Assembly: GCA_951406725.2 (NCBI GenBank)
Contig: OX597815.1
Location: 107,756,001 to 107,820,000, forward strand
DNA length: 64,000 nucleotides
Origin: Octopus vulgaris
Taxonomy: Eukaryota
Direction: 5' to 3'
The translations under genes were made by a program, and so were the position numbers. Below the pieces are notes generated by a model. The model did not search any database and was not told where the DNA came from. It was given only the letters and a program-made list of their open reading frames with translations. This document shows positions 12,987 to 26,005 of this stretch, in pieces (position 1 is the first letter of the stretch; each line of letters starts with the position of its first letter).

Positions 12987-13134
12987 TTCTTGACTGGTGC
13001 TTTCGGACAATTACAGTCCTTGTCAGTACATATGTCTACGATTATGTGCTTTAACTACTGCATTAGAGCTTTTTAGCTCTTATTTCTAGCAATATAGGTG
13101 TTCTAAAACCCTAGTTATATTTATATATATATAT

Positions 13135-13290
13135 CATCATCATCATCATCATCGTTTAACTTCCGTTTTCCATGCTAGCATGGGTTGGATGGTTCGACCG
13201 GGGTCTGGGAAGCCAGGAGGCTGCACCAGGCCCCAGTCTGACCTAGCAGTGTTTCTACTGCTGGATGCCCTTCCAATTACCAACCACTCT
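13135..13290 (-). mobile_element. RTE-type 3' tail repeat
   Basis: (CAT)n-cgtttaacttccgttttccatgctagcatgggttgga...ctggatgcccttcc. Confidence 0.85.
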
Positions 13291-13299
13291 ATGAGCACC

Positions 13300-14115
13300 A
13301 AGGAAGAAATGATCCAATTGTGGGGACCTGCAAGACTGTGACAGCTAGGAATTTAAGGAATATTGGCTGGAAGTTACGAGGGAAACCTGGACAAACAAGC
13401 AAAGCCATTTTCACTGCCTCCAGACTTCCTCATGTACCAAAATACACCAGAAATCACATCCTTGGGACCATGGCTTCTGTGCAACAACCCCTGAAGCTGC
13501 CTCCTCAGGGAGGTTTGAGGCTTCAATGGGCCCAAAAGTACATGACATTAAACTTGAGTTGTGTTCTGTTCACTGATGAAACCAGGGGGACCCTTGATGA
13601 ACCTGATGGTTGGGAAAATGGTTAGGTCTATTTTGGAGATGAGTGTTGGAGGAGTCATGTTGTGAGGATAGACATGTTGGCCCAGTCAGGACACCCGAAG
13701 AGGTTAAAGTGACCACAGCTGCCTACTACAATCTCCTGAAGGAGGTCTTGGTTCCCTGGCTAGATGACATATTGTTGTCACTTCTAAGAAATCTCGTCTT
13801 CATGCATGACAACACTCCCTCCCACTCTGCTAGGATCACCTGAACATTCCTAGAGTCTTATGGCATACAAGGTAAAAGGTTGATTGTGTGACTGCTAGCA
13901 TTTTTGGATCTCAACCCTATTGAAAATCTTTGGTCCATCATTAAACAAGATGTTTGTGCTGATGGACAACAATTTACATCGAAAGATGTCTTATGGGCGA
14001 CCTTGAAAGCTGCAACAGAGGAAGTCCAACCTGCTACTATTAAGTAATGGACAGATTCCATGACTAATAGGGTTTTTGAAGTTATCTGTCAAAATGGCAT
14101 GCATGTGGCTAAATA
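13300..14115 (+). pseudogene. Decayed Tc1-superfamily transposase with DD37E (TRT-type) spacing
   Basis: VLFTDETRGTLDEPDGW ... FMHDNTPSHSARIT*TFLESYGIQGKRLIV*LLAFLDLNPIENLWSIIKQDV; 37 residues between the second D and E; stops and frameshifts. Confidence 0.85.
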
Positions 14116-15296
14116 ATTCATTATGTTAATAAATGTTATAATATTGCAGTGTTATCATGGTTTTCTGTTAAATATATACTCAATGTATGCTTAATATGTA
14201 TCATTACCCTTAATTTTCTTAAAAAAGATATCTAGATGGGCTATTTTCATTCAAAATCTATTAGTGTGGTTTACCCAAAAACTGAAGAATCTGAAATAAA
14301 AAAAAGAACATTACACAAAACAAGGAAAACATAACAATAGTGTCGCTATAGTGTGCAAACCAGCTGGGAAAACTTTTATCAAAATTGATTCACAGAAAAC
14401 CAAGAAATCCTAAATTTCACAAGCTATTAGAGTGGTTCTAGGTATGTATATACAATCTGCTTTTCCACAGTTTCCATCTGCCAAAATCACTCACAAGGCA
14501 TTAGTCAAACCAGGGCTATAAAAGAGGACACTTGACTAAAATGTCATGCAGAGGGCCTGAAGGCAAACCAGAAGGTTGCAAAGAGCACCTTGACTTGTAA
14601 ACAAAAATTATTTACAGAAAAATGTTTATCTTTGTACCTTTATGTTTATTTATTTGAGACACAAATTAGGAAGTAAATGAAAAAGAATTGGTTGTTTTTC
14701 CCCTTTCTTTTTATAGTGCTGTAGTGGAGTCCTGTTGCTACTGCAACAATCTCCTTACAATGTGTGAAATCTAAATTGTGTATAAACCTTGAAAGGATGG
14801 TAAAGAACTAGACAAATGTGTAAAAGATAGAGATTTCATTGACTAAAGAGATAAGTAGCTTCTTTCACACCTGTGTGTGATCTAATGGGGTTATTCATCT
14901 GGTGAAAATTCAGCACTTGGAATTGGTGTAAATAACAATATATCAGGTAAAATCAACATTTTGGAATAATGTTTTGAACTTTGTGCACAACAGTCTGTCA
15001 GTCCCTAAATTATCATAAATGGTGTTTTAGCTAATAGCTCAACACTACACACACACACACACACACAAACATATACAATCATAGGAAGCTTTGTCTCTCA
15101 TGTCAACTTATGAAGATAGTGCTTTTGTGGCTAATGAGTTATTTTGACTCATATTTCTAGCAATGCTGATACCACTTTGTACCCTCTGTCACTTTAGTGA
15201 TGTCTGTAAATTGCCTTTAGATTTTAAATTGCTAATAAGCTACCAGCATTATACATACATACATACTTACATACTTACATACACACACACACACGC

Positions 15297-15339
<43 letters not shown>

Positions 15340-15726
15340 TATATATACAGGGGTTGAACAAAAGAATGGAAACACCTAGCATTCTTATTCTAGTGGTAAC
15401 ACTCTCTGAGCATCCACACCCACTACTAACTTGGTCACCCAGCTGGAAATTTTGGTTATATCCTTTAAGTATTATTTCGTGATGTGCAAACTGAAACCAT
15501 GAGTTTACTGTCAGATACTGTTTACTTTTTATTGTACTTTATTGATTTAAAGTAAGTTTTTTTTATAGTATATATTTTCTATATGGTGTGAATAGCATCA
15601 TTCTTTATTGAGTTGCTTAATAGTGGTTTTTCTCTAAATTATATACATATATTATATATAGTGAAATTTGATTTAAAATTGTTAAATTTAATTTTTCCCT
15701 GTAAGTTTTGGAATTATATTCCCTAC

Positions 15727-15769
<43 letters not shown>

Positions 15770-15899
15770 GATATATCTTCACTTCTTTGTGCCACATGGG
15801 CTCAACTCCCCACCTCTCTTCATCTGACTCCCCTCCTCTCCTCTATTCATCTGACACCTACTTCCTCTCTTCACTCCTACCCATCTTCTCTTTTCATTA

Positions 15900-16055
15900 A
15901 TTGGCAGAATTATCAAAATGTCCGACAAATGACTTGCAGTCTTGATCTAATGCTTTGTGTTCTGAGTTCAAAATTCTGCTGAGGTCAACTTTGCCTTTCA
16001 TCCTTTTGGGGGTCGATAAATTAAGTACCAGTTGTGTACTGGGGCCGATGTAACT
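15900..16055 (+). mobile_element. SINE family B copy
   Basis: TTCTGAGTTCAAAATTCTGCTGAGGTCAACTTTGCCTTTCATCCTTTTGGGGGTCGATAAATTAAGTACCAG. Confidence 0.85.
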
Positions 16056-18494
16056 TAAATTGCTGGAAAGGATTATTATTACTATTATTTAGTAGTAGTA
16101 GTAGTAGTAGTAGTTTAGGAATAGCAGCATCAGTGGCAGTAGTAGTAGAATGAGGGGTGTGGATGGCAGAAATTCTTGACCTTCATATAAAATACTTAGC
16201 AGAAGATTGATAAATTTCTGCACTTCACTTCACTTGAAATGCAACCAATGACAGTTTAGGATCTAATTGAAAAAAAAAAAAAAAAAAGAATATCAGTGAA
16301 GTATTTGGTTGGTTTGATCAAGTAGACCCTTTCTATCTAATACAGATGTCCTAAGCAAAAATAAGAAAAACAGCATCGATGTTATTTTAGGGTAATGAAT
16401 ACCAGAAATAATAAAGCGCTATGCCAAACCTTGCTGCATTCGGTTACATCCTTCCATACTCTGAATTGAAATTGCATCAAAATTGTTGTTTATTTTCATT
16501 TTTTCCAGGTTCAGAAAAATAAGCACCAGGGATTGATATATATATACTTTGGCTATGGGTTGTGCCCACAAGCAAATTATATGGCCTTGCAATGTATAAT
16601 AGCAATTTTTACTTCCTTTTTTTTATGGTACCAGAGAAGAGAGATATAGAAAGCTCCTATATAGTTTGTAGCATTATATTATGACAGATTCTAAATTGCC
16701 GTTGGTTGAGAGGAGTTTGGTAGCCAATGTGAAAAATGAGAAATTTATTGATTATTTTTCTGAATGGGTTAGAAGATTTTAGAGCATAAAGAAATAAGAC
16801 AGTTATTGGGGAAAGGTCGAAACTATATTTATTTTTTGCACAGTATGTTTGGTGTACAGAGAATTCCCAGCCAAGCGAAAAGGTTTGAAAACTCACTATA
16901 CTACATCAATAAAAGTGAATGGAAGTTTCTAGAGAGACTAAATTTTTAAATGTATTTGTCATATCTAATGTGAGGTACTATACATACACACACACATATA
17001 TACATATGTATATATCGTCAATGATCATCATTTTAATGTGCACTTTTCCAAGTTTGCCTTGCTCAGATGGAAATTGTTGAAGCAGATATTTTTACTGTTG
17101 GATGCCCTTCCCATTACCAGCTTTCACTTGTTTCCAGGCAAGGTAATATTTTTCCATGATTGACATGATTTTTACTGAAGATTGGAAATGAACAACTCTA
17201 TTTCTATGATGTTTCTATGATGACGACACTCATTTACAGCATCAAAGCAAGGATACACATGGGCACACACACACACGCACGTGCACACACAAACACACAT
17301 AATGTGGTAGAAGATCACATGAAGATCTTCCTCTACCATGTTTGAGAGGTAAATTTCAGATAGCTTTGATTGTTTGGGATTGTTACTAGACATGTTAACT
17401 CGGCTTTAACTTACATATTGTGACATAACATTAAAGAACAGACTGGGAACTTACAAAAATTTCTGAACCTAATCACATCATCATCCTCTGCCAAACAAAA
17501 CATATCCAAAACAGATATCAATTGGAGCCATGTTCATTCTATGAAAACAAGAGAATTTTTGAATTCCAGTCAGAAGTGACATGGTTACAGCATAGCTCCG
17601 TCTTTCTATCTCAACTTTTGAAAATCAGAGAAATCTGTGAAATCAGATGAGTTTTTAAAAATTAAAAAAGAAATCTTTAAAAATAAAAAATAATCTAAAT
17701 GAATTCCAACTTCTTTTTTCTGTATAACATATATGTATATGTGTGTGTGTGTGCGTGTGATATTTTAAGCTTTATAATATATGCAGATGTTTTGGTAAAT
17801 CAGCTGACAAGATTACACAATGGTTTGGTGAAATGACATAATCTTATTGATTCACCTCTTCAGTGTTTTTGGCAAGAAATACAAAGTACAATATTAGCTT
17901 TACTGAATACATATCCTTACCAAGCAAATTATTTACCATGCAAATGGAGTGACAGAATACAGGATAACAGGGGCAGTAGGATGGAGTAGATAATAGAGAG
18001 AAAGACTGATATGAAGAGGGTGGTGGAGGTCATGCCCTCTCTTACATATTTAGGCAAATGCAGATAGACACTCAAACATATAACTGTACACAACTATACA
18101 TAACAGAGACTAACCCCAATACTAACACTGATGACAATAATAATAGCAAGAATACCAACTACAGTATGAAGAGCTATTGTCATATCTCAGAGGTAAAGGA
18201 TGTCATTGGTAATTTCCCTTGACAAGTTTATAATTTCAGCTTCAGACAACCTACTCTCAGGCAGACTGCTGGAATAGGTGCCCAGGAAAAATTTCTGTGG
18301 TTGTAGTGAGCAACGTGTAATGTACTGCACAGCCCTTCACCATTTCACTCACACATGTCCATCAAGCTGATTAAAGCCATGTGAGTAGATTTGGTAGAAG
18401 ATTTTTTAACCAACTGTCAAGGTGCCATGCAGTGCCAACTTGGTCAGGAAGTGAACTTCTTAAACACACAGCCTTTACCTTTATATACATATAT

Positions 18495-18850
18495 CGTCAT
18501 CATCATCATCATTTAACGTCCGTTGTCCATGCTGGCATGGGTTGGATGGTTTGACTGAGCTGACACATTGGAAGGCTGTACCAGGCTCCAATCTGATATG
18601 GTATGGTTTTCTATGGCTGAATGCCCTTCTTAACGCCAACCACTCTGAGAGTGTAATGGCTGATTTTACATCCCACTGGCAATGGTACTATTTGCTTGAC
18701 ACCAGTGTCCACTATGAGTGTGATTTTGCTCAACTTTATGGGTCTTCTCAAGCACAACATAATGCAAAAGGTCTTGGTCATTGCCTCCGTAAGGCCCAAC
18801 ACTCAAAAGGATCTCAGCTACTTTGCCCCCATGAGGCTCAATGCTCGAAA
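18495..18850 (-). mobile_element. RTE 3' end (ORF terminus, UTR and (GAT)n tail)
   Basis: Same family as 46900-47365, in reverse. Confidence 0.8.
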
Positions 18851-19114
18851 AGAACTCATGCACGCACACATGCACACACTTATATATACATATATATAAA
18901 ATCAAAATTAGTAACAGGATTTCAAGTAGTAATGCAGTATGACCGTTTCAAGTGGTTCCATTTAATTGAACAATGCAATCATATTCAGTTATAATAAAAA
19001 CAATTCTACATTAATCTGCTAGGTTACTCTACACTTTTACAACTTTTTAGAGTGCAAATTTATTATTCTCAAACAAAATTCTTGTTTAAGAATAATATAT
19101 ATATATATATATAT

Positions 19115-19344
19115 ATAAATAAATTAGAGAAAAAACCACTATTATACAATTCAAACAATGATAGACATAAACCAAATCATAAAGATGAAATAAAATATAT
19201 CATAAAATGAAATATATTATCATTGTTTGAATTGCATAATAGTGGGTTTTTTCTCTAATTTATATATATTATATATTGTGAAATTTGATTTAATACTAAA
19301 TTGAATTTTTCCCTGTAAGTTTGGAGTTATACTCCCTAATATTA

Positions 19345-19345
<1 letters not shown>
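19115..19345. repeat. AT-rich repeat with ~45-bp inverted arms; family also at ~4660-4705 and ~15605-15730
   Basis: aaattagagaaaaaaccactattatacaattcaaacaatgata / tatcattgtttgaattgcataatagtgggttttttctctaattt. Confidence 0.7.
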
Positions 19346-19390
<45 letters not shown>

Positions 19391-19391
19391 T

Positions 19392-19618
19392 GATCGCCAT
19401 GTTGAGTCGCTAGCTTCTGCACGCATTTTTTTTCTCTCCTTGTTTCTCTCCTTGTTTCTCTCCATGTTTCTTTTCTGTGTATGTTTCTGTTGAAGAGTGT
19501 AGGCTCAAAACGTAAAAGACTTGTTTTATTTATATTCCTGAGCGCCATACTAATACAATTGTTTGTTTGTATTCCACCTGCCTTCGTCTTTTGTTTATTT
19601 TCATAAAGCTTCCCGTTA
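19392..19618 (+). mobile_element. Penelope-like pLTR remnant with degenerate hammerhead, (TA)n-flanked
   Basis: ttt-CTGTTGA-a-GAGT-gtag-GCTC-AAAA-cgtaa at 19484-19520; homologous to 36376-36560 and 11730-11905. Confidence 0.55.
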
Positions 19619-19813
19619 TATATATATGTACTTATGTGTACACACACATTGCTATTTTTTAACTTTTCCGTGAAGACGGATTCTGTCTGAACCATTTGAT
19701 TTTCCACTCTTCCACAGCAAATTCTCTGTACTCTCTTTTATCGATTTTACTTTGTAATATAAGTCTTGTCTTGCCAACACAGACTGACATCAACCTCTTT
19801 GGAGTTTGTTTGA

Positions 19814-19856
<43 letters not shown>

Positions 19857-20439
19857 CATTATTGAAATATTCCCATTTCTTGATGTCAATGGATATACTT
19901 CTCCTCCCCTTCCTCTTTTATGCCATCATCATCATCAACCTTTTATATCTGCTTTTCATATTTCTTGAGAGGGTTAATTTCTTTGACATGTCTCCAGAGA
20001 GATGAAGCTATGAAGCAGGCTTTAAGCTCATCTGCTGGCATAGGTTTAGAGGACCACATGTCACTCATACATGACTACAATACCCAATCTTGCCTGGAAC
20101 CATATGAATTTACTATATTTTGTATAAATTGCTTAAAATAGACGCTGACAATTTTCATTTTATCTGAGAATATTGATTCACAAGAATCGTCTCATGCAAG
20201 CAATTCAGAAGACAGTTCAAGTCAAGTCTCATCAAAATGATCCAAAATAATAAATGATGAAATATAAAGCTTCAAATCTCATTGTTTTCCTTATTTTTTT
20301 GGAAAAACATGTTCTTTCAAAAACTACTGAATAATGCACAGATATTTTGAATGAACTGTTTTTGTAATCACTGTTTTTCCAATGTCTGTTACAGTGCTTA
20401 GGGGCATACAATTTTTAGTTTTTCTGTGAAGTTAAAATA

Positions 20440-21330
20440 AACAGATTTCTGCTGTTTACAATTATGGAAAGAAACAGCATACAGTTAACCATGAGTAAAA
20501 CAATGTGATTCCTTACTGATTCCAAAGTCTCTAAGACCATGTTCTCGGGCTTTGTTTGGTGTTCACTGCAAATGAAAAGTATACTGGAAACCGAAGCCAT
20601 TTAACTTGAAGGGCATATCTGTTGGGATTGAAGGAAGTCCATTGTAAATTGATGTGTTCTGAGGGCCATATAGATTTGTAAGAATAATAACTGAGGCTTC
20701 TTTCTTTGCCATTAGCTGATATGGTGAAATAGAGTCAATTTAATATCTTTAAGGGGTAGTTCACCAATTTAGAGAGGGATGCTACAAAGTCCAATGACTT
20801 AAACAAAACAGACTCTTCAGGAAGATCCACATACTTAAAGTTCATCTCATTTACTGTTCCATTCATTGGAGCTTGTACAGTTCTTTCTTGAATCTATTTA
20901 TGATCTTTGAGGTAGAGATGGATATTTGGACACACTTTTACTACCAACTCATTTACATCTTGAGATTCCTTCCTGTGCTGAGATGGAATTCATATTAATT
21001 TATCATTGTCAGCTAGGACTTGACCACTGATTATGGAATAGGGGCCGAAACCGGATGTGGCTCCTCCTGATGATGTCTTGAGCTAAATGGATCCTATAAA
21101 GAAGCTGTTGTAGTAGCAGACCACGAAACACGGTTGTAATTTCTAGTAATAAATTGACAAATTTGTCAGCTATTCTTTTCCTTTTGAAGGGGAATGCTCA
21201 TGTTCAGTGAGAAGGTAAATTTCTCAACGTGTCTGCAAATAGATAAAGGTACGGGGTGCTCATTAAGTTCATTTGCGGTATGTCCTTCAAAGTCACAGGC
21301 ATAATTTATTGGCATTCCCCTGCAGGCAGC
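20440..21330 (-). pseudogene. Decayed Helitron RepHel (PIF1-like helicase) C-terminal fragment
   Basis: Frameshifted minus-strand pieces LPSIPTDMPFK / KWLRFPV / FAVNT / NKA / HCFTHG*LYA match the Helitron motif IPxIPTDLPFxFKRLQFPV..FAMTINKxQG..CFSHGQLYVA; the 5' extent is uncertain. Confidence 0.65.
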
Positions 21331-22039
21331 AGCATTTAGTATGACTACTCACACACACGCACTCTCTCCCCCTCTCTCTCTTTCTCTCTCTCTCTCTCCA
21401 ACAAACTTGTAGCTGCCACTAAGGACTTCTTCCTTTACTCCTTCTAGCACTGTCATTTCCATTTTTTTCTCCTTCATTCACTCTATTGCTCCAACTGCTC
21501 TGTTCCCTTCTCATCACACTCTCACATCTGCCTCTCTCACACTTTGGCTCATCTTCCACCATTGCCCCCCTTCTACCAATTCAGTTGGTTCTGTTGCCCT
21601 AAACAAACACAGACAATGTAGAGTAATAAGGATTCTTTTGTTCTGCAGGGTTCAAGTCAACTTCAATAGTGCTGGCGCCATCCAAGATCTGAGGCACTCA
21701 ATACACTGTATAAAGTGGTTGACAAAGGAACAGAGATATTGCAGTCTTGTCTAGTTGAGGATATGACACAACCTTTGATACATTATAAAATGTAGCTAGA
21801 ACACTCTGTTAAGTGATTGGTTAGGAATGGCAAGAGGCTGAGGCAATCATGCTGAAGCAGAATTTAAGAGTTAGACTTGGTTCAACAGCTTGTCTTAAAG
21901 GGCAATAATTCTGAAAGGGAATTAATTCAGACATGGTGACCCATCCAGCTCATGCAAGCATGGAACCATAAATGATGATTATGGTGATGATGAAGGTGTT
22001 GATAATGTACATACACTCAGTATATATGTGTATATAATT

Positions 22040-22320
22040 TTATATATTCATTTTGCAAGATTCTTGATGTGAATACGTGCATTGAAACAGATATTGTTGT
22101 ATTTAGGGATGGACAAGTTGCCAGTTTAGCCAATAAAAACACATGCACTATATATTTGGTGTTCACTTGCTTCAGCTTTATTTTATATTAAATTGTATTT
22201 CGGCCAGAGTTCTTTCATCACACTTCTGTGACTTCATCAGTAGTCCTTTGCTTTTTCTTTCTTTTTTGTGTGTCTCTCCTTACTAATGATTTGCCATTTT
22301 GTATTCCATTTTGAATACAA
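22040..22320 (-). mobile_element. Penelope-like pLTR remnant with hammerhead-like core
   Basis: Minus strand ggacta-CTGATGA-a-GTCAC agaagt GTGAT-GAAA-gaac-TC-tggcc (22202-22246). Confidence 0.55.
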
Positions 22321-22324
22321 AATG

Positions 22325-22420
22325 GCAGATCATTATATATATAGCAGATTATTATATATATAGCAGATCATTATATATATAGCAGATTATTATATATATA
22401 GCAGATCATTATATATATAT
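22325..22420. repeat. Minisatellite, ~19-bp unit gcagat(c)attatatatata, 5 copies
   Basis: Seen directly. Confidence 0.9.
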
Positions 22421-22425
22421 ATATA

Positions 22426-22651
22426 CAGGGTTGGCCAACAGTCACCTGACAGTAAATTAAAACTATTTAATACCAAGATTTGCTTAACAACTGAATGAAT
22501 TTAATTAAAGCATCTAAACATGAAACATCATGAAAATTGTTCAAACTGAAGTCCTTCTTGAGTGACACATTTTTCCATTTGAGTCAATACAGAATTACAG
22601 ATAGTATTTACTGAATTTTGATTTACTGTCAGGTGACATTTGGCCAACCAC

Positions 22652-22654
<3 letters not shown>
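22426..22654. mobile_element. Tc1/mariner-type MITE
   Basis: TA|CAGGGTTGGCCAACAGTCACCTGACAGTAAAT ... ATTTACTGTCAGGTGACATTTGGCCAACCACCTG|TA. Confidence 0.9.
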
Positions 22655-22688
<34 letters not shown>

Positions 22689-23086
22689 AAGAATTCACAA
22701 AAAACAGAGGACAAAGTATGTGTAGGTGTGTGGATGTAGGGCTGGGAAGTGGTCAGTGCTAGTGTGTGTGTGATGGTGTGATGTGTTGTGTCGTATGGCG
22801 GTGTAGTGGTGTGTGGTGTGGTGTGATGGTGTTGGGAGGTGGGGGAGGCAAGAGTGGGGAAAGCAAGGGTGTGGGTGTGGGTTAGGCTGAGGGTGGGGTA
22901 GAGATGGGGTATGTGAGAGTGGGTTTAAGGGATGGGGTGGGGCTGGATGGGAAGGATGGGGAAGGTGGGGTTGGAATGTGTAGGGGTGGAGTGTTGTTGA
23001 CTGTTTATTACTCCCCATTTCAAGCTTTCAACGACAAGATAGGAAACCTTCATAAGACAGCAGAATATGTGTATATATACACATAT

Positions 23087-23227
23087 ATGACAGGCTTCTT
23101 TCAGTTTCCATCTCATAAGGCTTTGCCTGGTCTGAGACTATAATAGAAGACATTTGCCCAAGGTGGCTTGCAGTGAAATTGAACCTGGAACCATGTGATT
23201 GGGAACAACACAACTACATCTGTGCCT
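23087..23227 (-). mobile_element. SINE family A, partial
   Basis: gacaggcttctttcagtttcc...agaagacatttgcccaagg...gaacctggaaccatgtg. Confidence 0.75.
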
Positions 23228-24411
23228 ATATATACATACATACATACATGCACAGGATGAGAAAATGATGGAGAAAAAGAGAGAGAGGAGGAGAAAGAGA
23301 AAGAGAAAGTAATAGACAGATATAGCTAAATAAACTCAAACAACATCAGAATTGTAAACACATATATGTATTCCTGTGTTGAGGTGTTTGACAAAAGCAG
23401 GGAAATATTTGGTAATAGTATGAAGGTATTTGTTAATTCAGAATATTGTGTTCAACTTGTATCTGTCACAGCGTGTTTTTTTTCTTCTCTTGTATTGGTT
23501 ATATATAGTAGATCAGCAGCAGAAGTGATCTTTGACTCAAGTACAGATCTATATTCCATCAATGACTTGTGTCGTTTCTGTCTGCACAGCAGTCTGTCAT
23601 ATGATAAAAGGAATCAGTTGAAAGACAGTTCAATACTTTCACTTCAAGCAAAGGACATTGAGTGAAGTTGTAAGGTGAGTATTTAAAGAGCGAATACTAC
23701 TGTATCAGCAGAAATAATAATAATAATAATAATAATAATAAGAACAATAACAACAATAACCATTATAGTGATGATGATGACGACGACAATGTTGACAATG
23801 ATGATGATGGTTGATAGTGCAATGATAATATAAGGTTGATGCTACTATCAGTGGTTGTGATGCTGGTGGTTATCATGATCAGAAGAATTCTACTGTTATT
23901 TTTATTGTTGTTATTGGTGGTGGTCAAAGGTGGTAATGATGACAATATAATATATGATGACAATATAATAATAATAAATGATGACAATATAATAATAACA
24001 CTGACATTGTCAGTGGTTTTGATGTCGGCAGTTATTACAGCAAGGAGGATTCTACTGTTGCTGCTGTTGTTGTTGTTCTTGGTGGTGGTGGTGGTGATGG
24101 TGGTAGTGATTATGGCAGTAATGTTGATAATGCAAATCTAGTGATGAAGATGATGATGAGGATTTAGCTTTTGATTTTGCTGATAGCAGCTATCATGGTG
24201 AAAAAAATTCTTCTGATATTGGTGGTGTTGTGGTTTATATTTCTAGGTCATTCTTGATTGAGCAAAATGACATCAAAGACATTCTAGCCATGACTATCAA
24301 ATCTTCTTGCAGACATATTGGGTGCAAGCATAGCTCTGTGGTTTAAGAAATAAACTTGTTTAATACCGTTACATGTCATGTTGGGCAAGTATCTCCTAAC
24401 ATAGCTTAAGG

Positions 24412-24711
24412 CAGTGCTTCTCAAACTATCTGATGTGACATACTGGCAGTTTTTTTTCCAATGTACTAGGGACCGGTAATATTTCTCAGTAATATTAATT
24501 TATACTGGAAACAATATATATAATGAATATAATAAAAGTTGACAGTTTTTTTTATCTTATATTTATTTTGTAAACAAATAATACAATATTACATAAGCAT
24601 TTTATAAGCATTTTATAATGTTTCTTTCTTTCCGGGAAACTTGCTGTGTACTGGCAGTTGATGGCTCGTGGACCAGTGCTGGTCTGTGGATCACCAGTTT
24701 GAGTAGCATTG
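24412..24711. mobile_element. hAT (Charlie/Buster-type) MITE inserted into a SINE A copy
   Basis: TIRs CAGTGCTTCTCAAACT / AGTTTGAGTAGCATTG; 8-bp TSD gcttaagg / gcttaggg; SINE A halves at ~24322-24411 and ~24720-24770. Confidence 0.85.
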
Positions 24712-25390
24712 GCTTAGGGTGAACCAAGCTTTGTCAAAGAAATTTGTTAGAAATAATGTTGAAGCCCATTAGAAGGATCATTCCTGTTCTCAGGTGGTAG
24801 AACCTAATCCCCTGACTAGTTTAACACTACCATCATTACTGAGGTTTAGAAGTCCTGCAAAAGGTCGTAAATGCTGTCGATTCTCTCCTGGCTAAATAAT
24901 AGCACATACATATATACGAAACACTGTAGCTACTCCTACATAATTCTGACATCAATCTCTGTCACTGTACACCTCTCGTTATCACCCTCATTCCCACTCT
25001 CCTACCTACCAATCATCTCCCTATTTTCTAATCTATTTACTGGTTTATTATGATGCTACTCTCCATTCTCTACTTCCACTTATTGCATCCACTTTCCTGA
25101 GCGACTTCTATCTCTCTTACCTCCCTCACCATATAAATATTTACCATTGGCCACACACCTGCACCTCTGTTTCATTCACTACATTCAACTCTACACCCAT
25201 CTCTAACCATCAGTCACTCTCCTCTCACACTCTAATGAACTTATTCACCCACTTTTCCCAATTCATTGTATGCATTCTTTCTTGTATACACTTACTTGTA
25301 TCTTGAAAGTATGCCATGACACCTTGTCAGCACCATAATTATCTTCCTTCCATCCATTCTCACTCTCATGGAATGCACACTAGCTATAGT

Positions 25391-25592
25391 GAAGGCACAT
25401 GACCTAATGGTTAGAGCAGTGGACTCGCTGTAGGGGGATCGCGAGTTTGAATCTCAGACTGGGCGATGTGTGTGTTTATGAGTGAAACACCTAAGCTCCA
25501 CGTGGCTCCCGTCCAGGTGGAGAACCTATATGCCAAGGAAACTAGGAAACTGGCCCTTATGAGTCAGGCATGGCTCGAGAAGGAACAGACAA
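25391..25592 (+). mobile_element. tRNA-derived SINE, internally deleted
   Basis: A box TGACCTAATGG, B box-like GAGTTTGAATCTC, tail GGAAACTGGCCCTTATGAGTCAGGCATGGCTCGAGAAGGAAC. Confidence 0.7.
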
Positions 25593-26005
25593 CACTAACT
25601 ATATATCTCTTCTTCAGCAAGATACCTGACCCTGTCACTCTATCACACATTAGCCTCTCAACATCAGGCATAAATCCGCCATTTTTCTATTACAATCCCA
25701 ACCTGAACCCCAACCCCACTCAGTTGAGGAGATTTTTTTCTTTGCCTTGTAAAAGACTTGGCAAACTCACTAGTGCCTTTATCTCGAAAAAATCTGCCCA
25801 TTATATTCTGTAGAGTGGTTGGCATTACAAAGGACATCCAGCAATAAAAACTGTGTTAAAACAGACAATGGAACTTGATGCAGTCCTCAAGCTCTTTCAG
25901 TACTGTCAAACAGTCAAACCCATACTTATATGGTAGACAAAGATTAAATGATGTTGATAATGATATATTTATGCATGCATGCATTTTTTTTTGTTTTTAA
26001 AAACT

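Larger units (their letters stand above)
12441..13121 (+). mobile_element. Non-coding retrozyme/Penelope-pLTR-like element: 350-bp direct repeat with two hammerheads and an upstream inverted partial copy
   Basis: 12584-12771 is repeated at 12934-13121 (offset 350); 12441-12581 is an inverted copy of 12689-12832; TA-rich flanks. Confidence 0.8.

Noticed and set aside
21022-21062. CTGATTA...GCCGAAACCGG hammerhead-like string
   Set aside because: Core mismatch, no proper UH site or stem II, and it lies within the Helitron relic on the opposite strand
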